In this document: positions 18,779 through 29,294 of the stretch, in pieces
Position numbering within the stretch: position 1 is the stretch's first letter
How the letters are laid out: every line of letters begins with the position of its first letter
NCBI GenBank assembly: GCA_034440115.1
Contig: JAWXBM010000107.1
Coordinates: 947-64,946 of the forward strand
Length of the DNA: 64,000 nt
Reading direction: 5' to 3'
DNA from: Lysobacterales bacterium
Lineage (GTDB): Bacteria; Pseudomonadota; Gammaproteobacteria; Xanthomonadales; SZUA-36
The notes under the pieces: model-generated
Databases searched by the model: none
What the model was told of the DNA's origin: nothing
What the model saw: the letters and a program-made list of their open reading frames with translations, nothing else
Made by a program: the position numbers and the translations under genes

Positions 18779-20101
18779 ATGCGGAGCTTGAAAATTAGAA
18801 TGAAGAATCGCCTGGTAATTGCACTGCTGCTGATTCTGTTTGCAGCCCCGGCCTTTGCCGCCGAGGTTAGCGGTTTCCGCGTCTGGACGGACCCGGAAAA
18901 AACCCGTGCTGTGATCGATCTCACAGAACGTGCTGAATATCGTGTGTTTACCTTGCAAGATCCCGACCGGGTGGTCATTGACATCGACAACGCGGGGGTT
19001 AAACGGGCTCTTGATTTTGAACAGGACCATGCTGGCGTTATCACCAACGTTCGTCATGGCGAGCCGGAACATAAAACACTGCGGGTCGTTTTTGACCTGA
19101 GCGCCAACAGCAAGATCAAAAGCTTTATGCTCGATCCAACCGGCCAGTACGGCCACCGGCTGGTGATCGACTTATATCCAGAGGGCAACGCAGCCAAGGC
19201 AGCGCCGGTCAAACAGGTTGCCAACCAGGGCGCTACCGATCGCAAAGTCATTGTTGCCATCGATGCCGGTCACGGCGGTGAAGACCCAGGCGCCATGGGC
19301 CCCAACCGTACGCGCGAAAAAGACGTGGTGCTGGCTATTTCGCGTGAACTGAAAAAATCCATTGATGCAAAACCCGGCATGCTGGCCGTACTGGTGCGCG
19401 ATGGCGACTACTACATTCCACTTCGGGACCGCTATGAGAAAGCCCGCAAGAACCGGGCCGACCTGTTTGTTTCCGTGCATGCGGATGCCTTCACCAAGTC
19501 TTCAGTAACGGGTTCCTCGGTATTTGTTTTATCCAGCCGTGCTGCTTCCAGTGAATTCGCCCGACGCATGGCGGATAGCGAAAACAGCTCCGACCTGGTG
19601 GGTGGCGTAACACTGGGCGACAAAGATGAAATGTTGGCTTCAGTGCTGCTGGACCTGTCTCAAAGCGCCACCATGGAAGCCAGCAACCTGGTTGCCAGCA
19701 ACGTTTTCAGCAACATGCGCTCAGTCGGGAAAACGCACAAGAACACCGTCGAACATGCTAATTTTATGGTGCTGAAATCACCTGATGTGCCTTCGATACT
19801 GGTGGAAACCGCATTTATCAGCAACCCATCAGAAGAGCAACGACTGCGCGATCCAGGCTGGCAGAAAAGGATTGCCAGTGCCATTGCCAACGGCGTGCAA
19901 GATTACTTCTATCTCAGTCCACCGCCTGGCACCTGGATTGCTGCCAACCGCCAAGCCATCCGTCATCGTGTCGTCAGTGGCGATACGCTGGGCGATATAG
20001 CCAGTCGTTACCAGGTAACCGTTTATCGTTTGCGCAACGCCAATGATCTTAAAAGCGATGTCATTCGGGTCGGTAGCGAGTTGTTGATCCCCACCACCTG
20101 A
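18779..20101 (+). CDS. amiB: N-acetylmuramoyl-L-alanine amidase (AMIN domain + amidase_3 + C-terminal LysM)
   Basis: Signal peptide, AMIN-like 'RVVIDL', the catalytic region 'VAIDAGHGGEDPGA...SVHADA...ETAFISN', and a terminal LysM 'HRVVSGDTLGDIASRY'. The ORF opens at 18740; the ATG at 18779 is chosen. Confidence 0.9.
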   Translation: MRSLKIRMKNRLVIALLLILFAAPAFAAEVSGFRVWTDPEKTRAVIDLTERAEYRVFTLQDPDRVVIDIDNAGVKRALDFEQDHAGVITNVRHGEPEHKTLRVVFDLSANSKIKSFMLDPTGQYGHRLVIDLYPEGNAAKAAPVKQVANQGATDRKVIVAIDAGHGGEDPGAMGPNRTREKDVVLAISRELKKSIDAKPGMLAVLVRDGDYYIPLRDRYEKARKNRADLFVSVHADAFTKSSVTGSSVFVLSSRAASSEFARRMADSENSSDLVGGVTLGDKDEMLASVLLDLSQSATMEASNLVASNVFSNMRSVGKTHKNTVEHANFMVLKSPDVPSILVETAFISNPSEEQRLRDPGWQKRIASAIANGVQDYFYLSPPPGTWIAANRQAIRHRVVSGDTLGDIASRYQVTVYRLRNANDLKSDVIRVGSELLIPTT

Positions 20102-20197
20102 AGCGGGCCAATTTTCCACAAAGCCTTGCAATCTGCCCGGCGCCTGTTAGCGTGCTCGAATGAACTTTTTTGAAGCCTCGTTTGCCAGCGTGATTGC

Positions 20198-22042
20198 ATG
20201 ACTATCCAGGTCTTACCAGACCATCTGATTAACCAGATTGCCGCCGGCGAAGTGGTTGAACGACCTGCATCGGTGGTCAAGGAATTGGTTGAAAACAGCC
20301 TGGATGCAGGTGCCAGTCACATCACCGTCGTGCTGGAGCAGGGTGGCAAAAACCTGTTGCGGGTTAGCGACAATGGTTCCGGTATTGCCCGGGAAGAGTT
20401 GGCGCTCGCCTTGCAGCGCCACGCCACCAGCAAGATCGCTTCTCTGGATGATCTTGAGCATGTGGCCAGCATGGGCTTTCGCGGTGAAGCCCTGCCCAGC
20501 ATAGCTTCTGTATCCCGTATGGAAATTGCCTCGCGCCACGGCGGAGAAGAACATGGCTGGGTGGTGAATTGCCGCAATGGCGTGATTTCCAAACCCCAGC
20601 CTCACGCGCTAGCTGAAGGAACCCGTGTTGAAGTTGCCGATCTATTTTTCAATACACCCGCGCGGCGAAAATTCCTGCGTGCTGACCGGACTGAGTTCAA
20701 TCACAGCGATGCCTTAGTGCGAAAATTCGCTCTTGCTCGCTTTGATGTCGCATTCCAGTTGGAGCACAACGGCCGCCGGGTAGCCTATTACCCTCTGGCG
20801 AATACCGAGGCGCTGCAAAAGAAGCGTTTGCGTGCTGCCATGGGTGATGAGTTCATCGACCACGTGGTGGAGATATCGGAGCAGCGAGGTGATCTGTCTT
20901 TGCGGGGCTGGGTAGCTGAACCCCGGTTCAATCGGGCTCAGGCCGACCGGCAGTTTTTTTTCGTCAATGGCCGTGCCGTGCATGATCGGCTGATCGCCCA
21001 CGCAGTGCGCCAGGCTTTCCAGGATGTGCTGTTTCACGGCAGGCATCCAGCCTTTGTTTTGTACCTGGATTTGCCACCCACATTGGTCGATGTAAACGTG
21101 CATCCGCAAAAGCATGAGGTGCGCTTTCGCGATGGACGCTCCGTCCATGATTTCCTGTACTCGACCCTGCACCATGTGCTGGCAGATGCAGGCGCTGGAT
21201 CAGGACAATTGCGTCCTGGCAGTGGTTTACCGCAGGTTGATTCTGTGCAGCAAAATTCTGGCTGGTCCAATAGCCCATCGGCGAACAATTCTTCGTTTGC
21301 GCCAGCTTATTCCCAGGCTTATTCCCAGGCTTATTCCCAGGCTTATTCCCAGGGTGCCATTGGCCTGCCGGTTGCCGATCAGATCGCCGCCTACCAGCAG
21401 GTGCTGGCGAGTGCACCTTTACAAACACAGCCCTTTGCGACCGGGCAGGATTCGGAACTGCCGCCATTGGGGTTCGCCCTGGCACAACTGCATGGCGTCT
21501 ACATCCTTTCGCAAAACCGCTCCGGCCTGGTATTGACCGATATGCATGCAGCCCATGAACGCATCACGTACGAGCGCATGAAAACCCGGCTGGAAGGCGA
21601 GGGCATCCGCACACAGCGTTTGCTGGTACCGGCCAGCGTGGTTCTGAGCGAAGCGGAAGCCGACGTGGCAGAGGATCACCGTGAGCAACTGGCCAGCCTG
21701 GGCCTGGTGTTTGATCGCACTGGCCCGGAAACCCTGCTGCTACGCGAGTTGCCGGCCTTGCTCGCCGATGCCGATGGCGCCGGCCTGATGCGCGATGTGG
21801 TGGCAGACCTGGCCCGTGACGGACAGAGCCAGCGCATTGAAAATGAAACCAACGAGTTATTGTCAACCATGGCTTGCCATGGCTCGGTCCGCGCCAATCG
21901 CATTCTGGGGTTGGCAGAAATGAACGCTCTGTTGCGCGATATGGAGCAGACCGAACGTTCCGGGCAGTGCAATCATGGCCGCCCGACCTGGGTACAGCTC
22001 GACATGGGCATGCTGGACCGCCTGTTCCTGCGCGGCCGATAG
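20198..22042 (+). CDS. mutL: DNA mismatch repair endonuclease MutL
   Basis: '[37 protein letters not shown]', 'DNGSGI', and the C-terminal dimerisation domain. Confidence 0.95.
   Translation: MTIQVLPDHLINQIAAGEVVERPASVVKELVENSLDAGASHITVVLEQGGKNLLRVSDNGSGIAREELALALQRHATSKIASLDDLEHVASMGFRGEALPSIASVSRMEIASRHGGEEHGWVVNCRNGVISKPQPHALAEGTRVEVADLFFNTPARRKFLRADRTEFNHSDALVRKFALARFDVAFQLEHNGRRVAYYPLANTEALQKKRLRAAMGDEFIDHVVEISEQRGDLSLRGWVAEPRFNRAQADRQFFFVNGRAVHDRLIAHAVRQAFQDVLFHGRHPAFVLYLDLPPTLVDVNVHPQKHEVRFRDGRSVHDFLYSTLHHVLADAGAGSGQLRPGSGLPQVDSVQQNSGWSNSPSANNSSFAPAYSQAYSQAYSQAYSQGAIGLPVADQIAAYQQVLASAPLQTQPFATGQDSELPPLGFALAQLHGVYILSQNRSGLVLTDMHAAHERITYERMKTRLEGEGIRTQRLLVPASVVLSEAEADVAEDHREQLASLGLVFDRTGPETLLLRELPALLADADGAGLMRDVVADLARDGQSQRIENETNELLSTMACHGSVRANRILGLAEMNALLRDMEQTERSGQCNHGRPTWVQLDMGMLDRLFLRGR
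21305..21352 (+). repeat. Perfect 12-bp tandem repeat x4 inside the mutL linker (encodes AYSQ x4)
   Basis: 'GCTTATTCCCAG' repeated four times head-to-tail, in frame with mutL. Confidence 0.95.
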
Positions 22043-22044
22043 CC

Positions 22045-23001
22045 GTGGCCGCGGTCGCTCAATTACCCCCCGCGATATTCCTCATGGGCCCGACCGCTTC
22101 AGGCAAAACCAGCCTGGCAGTTGAGCTGGTCGAGCGCTACCCGGTGGACATCATCAGTGTGGATTCGGCCATGGTGTACCGCGACATGAATATCGGTACG
22201 GCCAAGCCGAATGTCGACACGCTGCGCCGCGCGCCACACCGATTGATCGATATCCGTGACCCGGCAGAGAGCTATTCGGCGGCCGAGTTTCGTGCTGATG
22301 CACTGCAACATATGGCACAAATAACCCGGCAGGGGAGAATACCGTTGTTGGTGGGTGGCACTATGTTGTATTTCCGTGCGCTGGTGGGTGGATTAGCCGA
22401 TCTGCCAGCGGCTGATGCGGACTTAAGGGCACGGTTGGAGCAGGACGCAGCAGAATGGGGCTGGCCAGCCTTGCATGCGCGGCTGGCGGAACTGGACCCG
22501 GTTATAGCCAAGCGTATCCACCCGAATGACTCGCAGCGCATCCAAAGGGCGCTGGAAGTCATCAGCCTTAGCGGTCGCCCGATGAGCGAGCTACAAACTG
22601 AACAAAGCCAGCAGCAGGCTGAAAACTGTAGCTACCGAATTCTGCGGTTGGTGGTCTGCCCCGACGATCGGGCGGTTCTGCACCGGCGCATTGAGCAACG
22701 CTTTGAACAGATGCTGCAACAGGGCTTTGTTGAAGAAGTAAGAGCCTTGATGGCGCGTGGTGATCTTGACCCAGCTATGCCAGCCATCCGTTGCGTGGGT
22801 TATCGCCAGGCCTGGGGCTACTTACAGGGTGAAGTTGACCAGTCAGAAATGCTTCGCAAGGCCCAGGCTGCCACCCGCCAGCTCGCCAAACGGCAATTAA
22901 CCTGGTTGCGGCAGGAAACCGAAGCCCTGTGGTATGATCTGCAGCGGGAAAGCGCGCGAAAAACGGTGCTGCTGGACTTCGATCGATTCCTTGAATCATG
23001 A
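22045..23001 (+). CDS. miaA: tRNA dimethylallyltransferase
   Basis: P-loop '[19 protein letters not shown]'. A GTG at 22045, 3 nt after the mutL stop, gives the canonical N-terminus. The longer ORF from 21874 would overlap mutL. Confidence 0.9.
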   Translation: MAAVAQLPPAIFLMGPTASGKTSLAVELVERYPVDIISVDSAMVYRDMNIGTAKPNVDTLRRAPHRLIDIRDPAESYSAAEFRADALQHMAQITRQGRIPLLVGGTMLYFRALVGGLADLPAADADLRARLEQDAAEWGWPALHARLAELDPVIAKRIHPNDSQRIQRALEVISLSGRPMSELQTEQSQQQAENCSYRILRLVVCPDDRAVLHRRIEQRFEQMLQQGFVEEVRALMARGDLDPAMPAIRCVGYRQAWGYLQGEVDQSEMLRKAQAATRQLAKRQLTWLRQETEALWYDLQRESARKTVLLDFDRFLES

Positions 23002-23084
23002 GTCGGTAGCACCAACATAAGTCGTATCTCGCGTCGTAGGGTCGAGCGGCGGAGAATGAAACCAAAAAAAAGGAGAGAACGGCC

Positions 23085-23324
23085 ATGACAAAGGGTCAAT
23101 CATTACAAGAACCATTTTTGAATGCGTTGCGTCGTGAACGTGTTCCAGTTTCCATCTACCTTGTTAACGGCATCAAACTGCAGGGACAGGTCGAATCTTT
23201 TGACCAGTTCGTGGTATTGCTGAAGAACTCTGTCAGTCAGATGATCTACAAGCACGCCATTTCAACCGTTGTTCCGGCTCGTAATGTGCGCGTATTTGAC
23301 GAGGACGATGAGCAGCAGGATTAA
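23085..23324 (+). CDS. hfq: RNA chaperone Hfq
   Basis: '[62 protein letters not shown]'. Confidence 0.97.
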   Translation: MTKGQSLQEPFLNALRRERVPVSIYLVNGIKLQGQVESFDQFVVLLKNSVSQMIYKHAISTVVPARNVRVFDEDDEQQD

Positions 23325-23326
23325 TT

Positions 23327-24646
23327 TTGTTTGACCGGGCGGAGCGAGGCGATCGTGCGATCGTGCTCCACCCGGTTTTCCGTTCTACCGGGCCGGAATA
23401 CTTAGACGAATATCAGGAACTGGCGCGCTCCGCCGGGGCCGAGGTTGTAGGTGTTCTGACTGCTCCCAGGGATAGACCGGACGCCCGCTATTACGTGGGT
23501 AAAGGCAAGATTGAGCAACTGGTTGCGCTGGTGAAGGAATCTGAAGCTGACCTGGTCTTGGTCAGCCAGGCACTCAGTGCAGTGCAGGAACGCAATATCG
23601 AAAAAGCCTGTGGTTGCCGTGTGCTGGATCGCAATTCGCTGATACTCGACATTTTCGCCCAACGCGCCCAATCCTATGAAGGCAAACTGCAGGTTGAGCT
23701 GGCGCAATTGCGTCATCTTTCCACTCGGCTGATTCGGGGCTGGACCCATCTGGAGCGGCAAAAAGGCGGTATGGGCTTGCGCCGCCCGGGTGAAACCCAG
23801 TTCGAAACCGACCGCAGATTGATCGCAACGCGCATTAGCCAGTTGAATGAACGGCTGGATAAAGTTGCCAGTCAGCGCGAACAGAGTCGACGTCAGCGGG
23901 TGAAATCCCGCCATCCTTTGGTCGCATTGGTGGGTTATACCAATGCGGGCAAGTCTACCTTGTTCAATTTGCTTACCGGCGCTGAGGTCATTGCCGTGGA
24001 CCAGTTGTTCGCTACCCTGGACCCTACCGTGCGTCGCCTGGAAGGCCTTTCCTGCGGCGAAATCCTGTTGGCCGACACGGTTGGTTTTGTCAGCGATCTA
24101 CCCCACGAACTGATTGCTGCTTTTCGCGCCACTTTGCAGGAAGCCCGTGAGGCGGATCTGCTGCTGCATGTGATCGACGCCTCTGATCCCTACCATTCCG
24201 AACGCCAGGCCGATGTCGAGGAAGTTCTGGAATCCATCGGTGCGGCGGACATTCCGGTGATACGGGTGTTGAACAAGATAGATCGCAGTGGCCAGCCAGC
24301 GCAAAGCCATGCTCACGAAAACGGCCAGGTGCATACCGTTGCTGTGTCGGCATTGAGTGGCGAAGGCATCGAACTGCTTAAACAGGCCATGAGTGATCAT
24401 TTGTCTGGCAGCAGGTTCGTTCACTGGCTAGAACTGCAGGGCAAGGATGCACGATTACGGGCAGCTTTGTTCGAACTGGGTGCTGTCAGCGAAGAGCGGA
24501 TTACCGACAATGGCGCCTGGTTGTTGCATGTTGATTTACCTTTGGAAACCGCCCAGCGACTGGCGCGCATGCCAGGTAATGGTGGCGCGGCCATAGAGCA
24601 GCAACTTTTGAATAATAATTTGCCCAAGAATTTGACGGCGGCATAA
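23327..24646 (+). CDS. hflX: Ribosome rescue GTPase HflX
   Basis: 'GETQFETDRR', G1 'GYTNAGKSTLFN', G3 'DTVGF', G4 'NKID'. Alternative start codon immediately after hfq. Confidence 0.93.
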   Translation: MFDRAERGDRAIVLHPVFRSTGPEYLDEYQELARSAGAEVVGVLTAPRDRPDARYYVGKGKIEQLVALVKESEADLVLVSQALSAVQERNIEKACGCRVLDRNSLILDIFAQRAQSYEGKLQVELAQLRHLSTRLIRGWTHLERQKGGMGLRRPGETQFETDRRLIATRISQLNERLDKVASQREQSRRQRVKSRHPLVALVGYTNAGKSTLFNLLTGAEVIAVDQLFATLDPTVRRLEGLSCGEILLADTVGFVSDLPHELIAAFRATLQEAREADLLLHVIDASDPYHSERQADVEEVLESIGAADIPVIRVLNKIDRSGQPAQSHAHENGQVHTVAVSALSGEGIELLKQAMSDHLSGSRFVHWLELQGKDARLRAALFELGAVSEERITDNGAWLLHVDLPLETAQRLARMPGNGGAAIEQQLLNNNLPKNLTAA

Positions 24647-24767
24647 GCTGCCAACTGAACGTACAATAGATTGCCTTGAAACATGGCCCCTTGAACCCAA
24701 GCTATGCTGGGCGTCTTATTTTTAACCCTACATACCAAATTGAGCTGATGCAATACTGGAGAAGTTG

Positions 24768-25907
24768 ATGCCCTGGAAAGAACCTGGCAAAGGTAATAAA
24801 GATCCGTGGAATTCCGGTGATCAACCACCTGACCTGGATGAAGTTTTTCGTAACGTGAATCGCAAGTTGAAGTCGATATTCGGCGGTGGCGGTGGTCGGA
24901 ATTCGGAATCCAGCAGCGGTGGTAGCGGTGCCGGTGGCATCCTGTCCATCATCGTGATCGCGGCGTTATTGTGGGTAGGTTGGAATTCAGTCCACATTAT
25001 TGATCAGGCAGAACGTGGCGTTGTGTTGCGTTTCGGTAAATACAATCGAACGCTGGATCCTGGCATCAATGTGACTTTGCCCAGCCCGATCGAGAGCCTC
25101 ATGACGGTCAACATCAGCAATGTACGTTCAGTCGAAGACCGGGGCCAGATGCTGACCGAAGACGAAAATCTCGTCGAGCTCGATTTCACCATCCAGTACC
25201 GTGTGCTGGAAGCCCAGGATTTCCTGTTCCGCGTGCGCGACCCGGAGCTGACCCTGCAATCTGCAGCCGAAAGCGCCTTGCGGGAGTCGGTGGGAACCAA
25301 TCGCATGGATACCATTCTGGCGGGTGCCGGTCGAGAGAAAGTAGCGCAAGACACCGAGCGGGCACTGCAGGAGACTCTGGACCTGTACGAAGCCGGTATC
25401 CAGGTGACCGAATTCACCCTCAGGGATGTCAATGTGCCACTGCAGGTACGTGATGCCTTCTCGGATGTGAATAAAGCCCGTGAAGATCGCCAGCGCTTTA
25501 TCGAAGAATCGCGGGTACACGCCAACAGCGTGGTGCCAGAGGCCAGAGGTCAGGCGGCACGGATTCTGCAGGAAGCTGAAGGCTACAAGCAGTCCACCAT
25601 TGCGCTGGCCGAAGGTCAAGCCATGCGTTTCGACCTGGTTTTGGCTGAATATCTCAAAGCGCCGCAAATTACCCGCAAACGCTTGTATTTGCAGACCATG
25701 GAAAGTGTTTTGGGCAGTTCTTCCAAAGTGTTCCTGGATGCGCAATCCAATGGCAATGTGCTGTATCTGCCGCTGGATAAAATGGTGGGTGCGCCGGATT
25801 CATCGGGCGGCTCAAACATGCCACCGCTGGTCACGCCGCAATCCGGCCAGGACAGTAATGGCAGCTCATCATCCAGTCGGACACCACGCAAGGAGGGTCG
25901 GCAATGA
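24768..25907 (+). CDS. hflK: FtsH protease modulator HflK
   Basis: 'MPWKEPGKGNKDPW', one TM segment, and a band-7/SPFH domain. ATG at 24768 with GGAGAAG upstream. Confidence 0.92.
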   Translation: MPWKEPGKGNKDPWNSGDQPPDLDEVFRNVNRKLKSIFGGGGGRNSESSSGGSGAGGILSIIVIAALLWVGWNSVHIIDQAERGVVLRFGKYNRTLDPGINVTLPSPIESLMTVNISNVRSVEDRGQMLTEDENLVELDFTIQYRVLEAQDFLFRVRDPELTLQSAAESALRESVGTNRMDTILAGAGREKVAQDTERALQETLDLYEAGIQVTEFTLRDVNVPLQVRDAFSDVNKAREDRQRFIEESRVHANSVVPEARGQAARILQEAEGYKQSTIALAEGQAMRFDLVLAEYLKAPQITRKRLYLQTMESVLGSSSKVFLDAQSNGNVLYLPLDKMVGAPDSSGGSNMPPLVTPQSGQDSNGSSSSSRTPRKEGRQ

Positions 25908-26770
25908 ACAAGACAATAATTTTGATAGCGGTGGTGATACTTGGGATTCTGGGTCTGTCCAGCATGTTCGTTGTGTCTGAAACTGAGTATGCGATAAAAT
26001 TTCAATTGGGCCGCATAGTGAAAGCAGACTATCAGCCTGGCCTGCATTTCAAGTTGCCGTTTGTGAACAATGTGCGCAAGTTTGACCGGCGCATACTGAC
26101 CCTGGATACGCCCTCTGAATTGATGCTGACTTCCGAACAGAAATTCGTCAACGTGGATTCTTTCGTCAAGTGGCAGATCAAAGACGTATCCAAGTTCTAC
26201 ATCTCGACTGAAGGTATGGAGTTACGTGCGCTCAATCGCCTGGAACAGATCATCAAGGACAGGATGCGGGCACAGATTGCCAGCAAAACCCTGGTTGAAG
26301 TGGTGTCGCAGGAACGTGTGAACATCATGCGCGGTATCCAGGAAGCCGCCAGCATCGCCACCGGCGATGAGTTCGGCATCGAAGTTCTGGATGTGCGTAT
26401 CAAGTCGATTGAACTACCTGAAGACGTGCGTGAATCGGTATTCCGCCGCATGGCCACTGATCGGCAGAAAGAGGCCAATCTGTTGCGCTCCCAGGGTCGC
26501 GAAGAGGCTCAGGCCATAACCGCCAATGCAGATCGGGAAGTGCAGGTCTTGCTGGCTGAAGCCGAGCGGGATGGCCAAACCATGCGCGGTGAAGGCGATG
26601 CGCGTGCGACCGAGCTTTATTCCAAGTCCTATGGAGCAGATGAAGAATTCTATGCCTTCTATCGCAGCCTGGAGGCTTACACCAAGGCCTTTGGTGGCAA
26701 CCAGGATGTGATGGTGCTGGACAAATCGTCGGAGTTTTTCAATTATTTTGGCAACGAGTCGATTCAGTAA
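25904..26770 (+). CDS. hflC: FtsH protease modulator HflC
   Basis: ATGA overlap with the hflK stop. N-terminal TM segment plus an SPFH domain. Confidence 0.92.
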   Translation: MNKTIILIAVVILGILGLSSMFVVSETEYAIKFQLGRIVKADYQPGLHFKLPFVNNVRKFDRRILTLDTPSELMLTSEQKFVNVDSFVKWQIKDVSKFYISTEGMELRALNRLEQIIKDRMRAQIASKTLVEVVSQERVNIMRGIQEAASIATGDEFGIEVLDVRIKSIELPEDVRESVFRRMATDRQKEANLLRSQGREEAQAITANADREVQVLLAEAERDGQTMRGEGDARATELYSKSYGADEEFYAFYRSLEAYTKAFGGNQDVMVLDKSSEFFNYFGNESIQ

Positions 26771-26805
26771 GCTGATTCAGTAAGCACAGATAGGGGCTGA
26801 AGTCC

Positions 26806-26991
26806 ATGATGCAGGACCTGCTGAGCGCGTTTGCCTTGTTGCTGATCATTGAAGGTTTGATGCCAGGCATTGCACCAGCAGCCTGGCAGAAATACCTGGC
26901 AGAAATCATTCGCATGAATCCGAAAACGGTACGGGTTGCTGGTATCGTCAGCATGCTGGCGGGAGCCCTGCTGCTGCAATTTCTGCACTGA
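26806..26991 (+). CDS. DUF2065-like small membrane protein (YjeT-like)
   Basis: 61 aa with two hydrophobic helices ('LLIIEGLMPGIAP', 'VAGIVSMLAGALLL'). Same position as E. coli yjeT after hflC. Confidence 0.75.
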   Translation: MMQDLLSAFALLLIIEGLMPGIAPAAWQKYLAEIIRMNPKTVRVAGIVSMLAGALLLQFLH

Positions 26992-27045
26992 TCCAATTCA
27001 TAGAAAACTAACCCTCCTGCCGCATGGCTCGAGAAGAAATCATGA

Positions 27046-28353
<1,308 letters not shown>

Positions 28354-28424
28354 TAAAGTGACTTGCCTTGCTTGCACAGAGGTATAGAATTCAGTTATTC
28401 GAGTTCGTTTAAAGGAGGATGTAT

Positions 28425-28532
28425 ATGAGCAACAAGGAAATGAAGGTCAAGAAGGAAGCCAAGAAAAAGCCGGCTTTGACCATGAAAGAAAAGAAAGCGG
28501 TCAAGAATGCCAAGAAGGCTTCAAAAAAATAG
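28425..28532 (+). CDS. Putative 35-aa lysine-rich small protein
   Basis: Not in the ORF track because it is under 60 aa. AAAGGAGG lies 7 nt upstream of the ATG. Translation is 'MSNKEMKVKKEAKKKPALTMKEKKAVKNAKKASKK', followed directly by a strong hairpin terminator. Confidence 0.45.
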   Translation: MSNKEMKVKKEAKKKPALTMKEKKAVKNAKKASKK

Positions 28533-28594
28533 TAAAAAAAATGCCCCGCATGCGGGGCATTTTCACTTTTTCTTCTTCTGTGCTCTGTTCTTAC
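28530..28594. repeat. Left copy of a ~65-bp direct repeat (stop codon + terminator hairpin + T/C-rich tail)
   Basis: 'TAGTAAAAAAAATGCCCCGCATGCGGGGCATTTTCACTTTTTCTTCTTCTGTGCTCTGTTCTTAC' recurs at 29996-30061. The first 39 nt differ at one position. Confidence 0.9.
28534..28564. terminator. Bidirectional rho-independent terminator
   Basis: Perfect 20-nt palindrome 'ATGCCCCGCATGCGGGGCAT' at 28541-28560, flanked by an A-run upstream and a T-run downstream. Confidence 0.75.
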
Positions 28595-28639
28595 TGGTCA
28601 CTGTCTGGTTCCCGGAACCTATCTTTACGTAACCATCAA

Positions 28640-28653
28640 TTCTGTCGACAGAA
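28640..28653. promoter_or_regulatory. Perfect 14-bp palindrome upstream of the cassette (candidate operator)
   Basis: 'TTCTGTCGACAGAA' lies 63 nt upstream of the wHTH gene start. Further TGTC/GACA-containing imperfect inverted repeats occur at about 28675-28695 ('GTGTCCCTAGTCCTAGGACAG'). Confidence 0.35.
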
Positions 28654-28715
28654 AACGGTGAAACATGATCTAGTGTCCCTAGTCCTAGGACAGAGGACGC
28701 GACGGTGAGGAGACC

Positions 28716-29294
28716 ATGAAAAGTCAGGATATATTTATATTGCTCAAGCTTGTGAGCTTGTCTCGGCGGGAGGAATCCGGCGCGATGCCGGCGGCAGTTG
28801 GCTCCGCTAATATAAACGCAGTCAGTGATTGCTATTCTGCCAGGGGGTTAGCGGCGACCTTGGGTATTAGTAAAACGGAAGTGAACGCTTCGATCAATCG
28901 TAGCATCGCCGTTGGTATGGCAAAACATGACCGAATAACGGGCCATCCCAAAGCGAATAGTCGCGCTCTTCTTGAATTCATTTGTCATGGCTTGAAGTAT
29001 GTTTTTCCTGCCAAACCAGCAGAGATAGCCAGAGGTATCCCGACGGCCTTTGAAGCACCCGCATTAAAGGGCGCGCTTATGAGCGCCGGGGAATACATTT
29101 ATGTCTGGCCCGATGCTAAAGGTAACGAGAAAGGTCAATCTGTTAGCCCTCTGTTTAAAAGCGTACCGGAGGCTGTAAAAAAGGACTCGCTGCTTTATGA
29201 GTATTTGGTATTAGTCGATGCCATACGTTTGGGGAACCCTCGTGAGTCGAAGCTTGCTATTAGCATGCTTGAAGATAGACTCAACTCCCCATGA
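28716..29294 (+). CDS. Winged-HTH protein, putative antitoxin/regulator partner of the downstream nucleotidyltransferase
   Basis: 192 aa with GAGGAG 5 nt upstream of the ATG. The N-terminal region 'DIFILLKLVSL...YSARGLAATLGISKTEVNASINRSIAVGMA' reads as a MarR/AbiEi-like wHTH. I cannot assign the C-terminal domain. The stop overlaps the next gene's ATG (ATGA). Confidence 0.65.
   Translation: MKSQDIFILLKLVSLSRREESGAMPAAVGSANINAVSDCYSARGLAATLGISKTEVNASINRSIAVGMAKHDRITGHPKANSRALLEFICHGLKYVFPAKPAEIARGIPTAFEAPALKGALMSAGEYIYVWPDAKGNEKGQSVSPLFKSVPEAVKKDSLLYEYLVLVDAIRLGNPRESKLAISMLEDRLNSP

Noticed and set aside
21874-22044. Long N-terminal extension of miaA overlapping the mutL 3' end by about 170 nt
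   Set aside because: The canonical MiaA N-terminus ('..[13 protein letters not shown]') is reached from a GTG at 22045, just after the mutL stop. The extension peptide is Pro/Arg/Ala-rich read-through of the mutL alternative frame.
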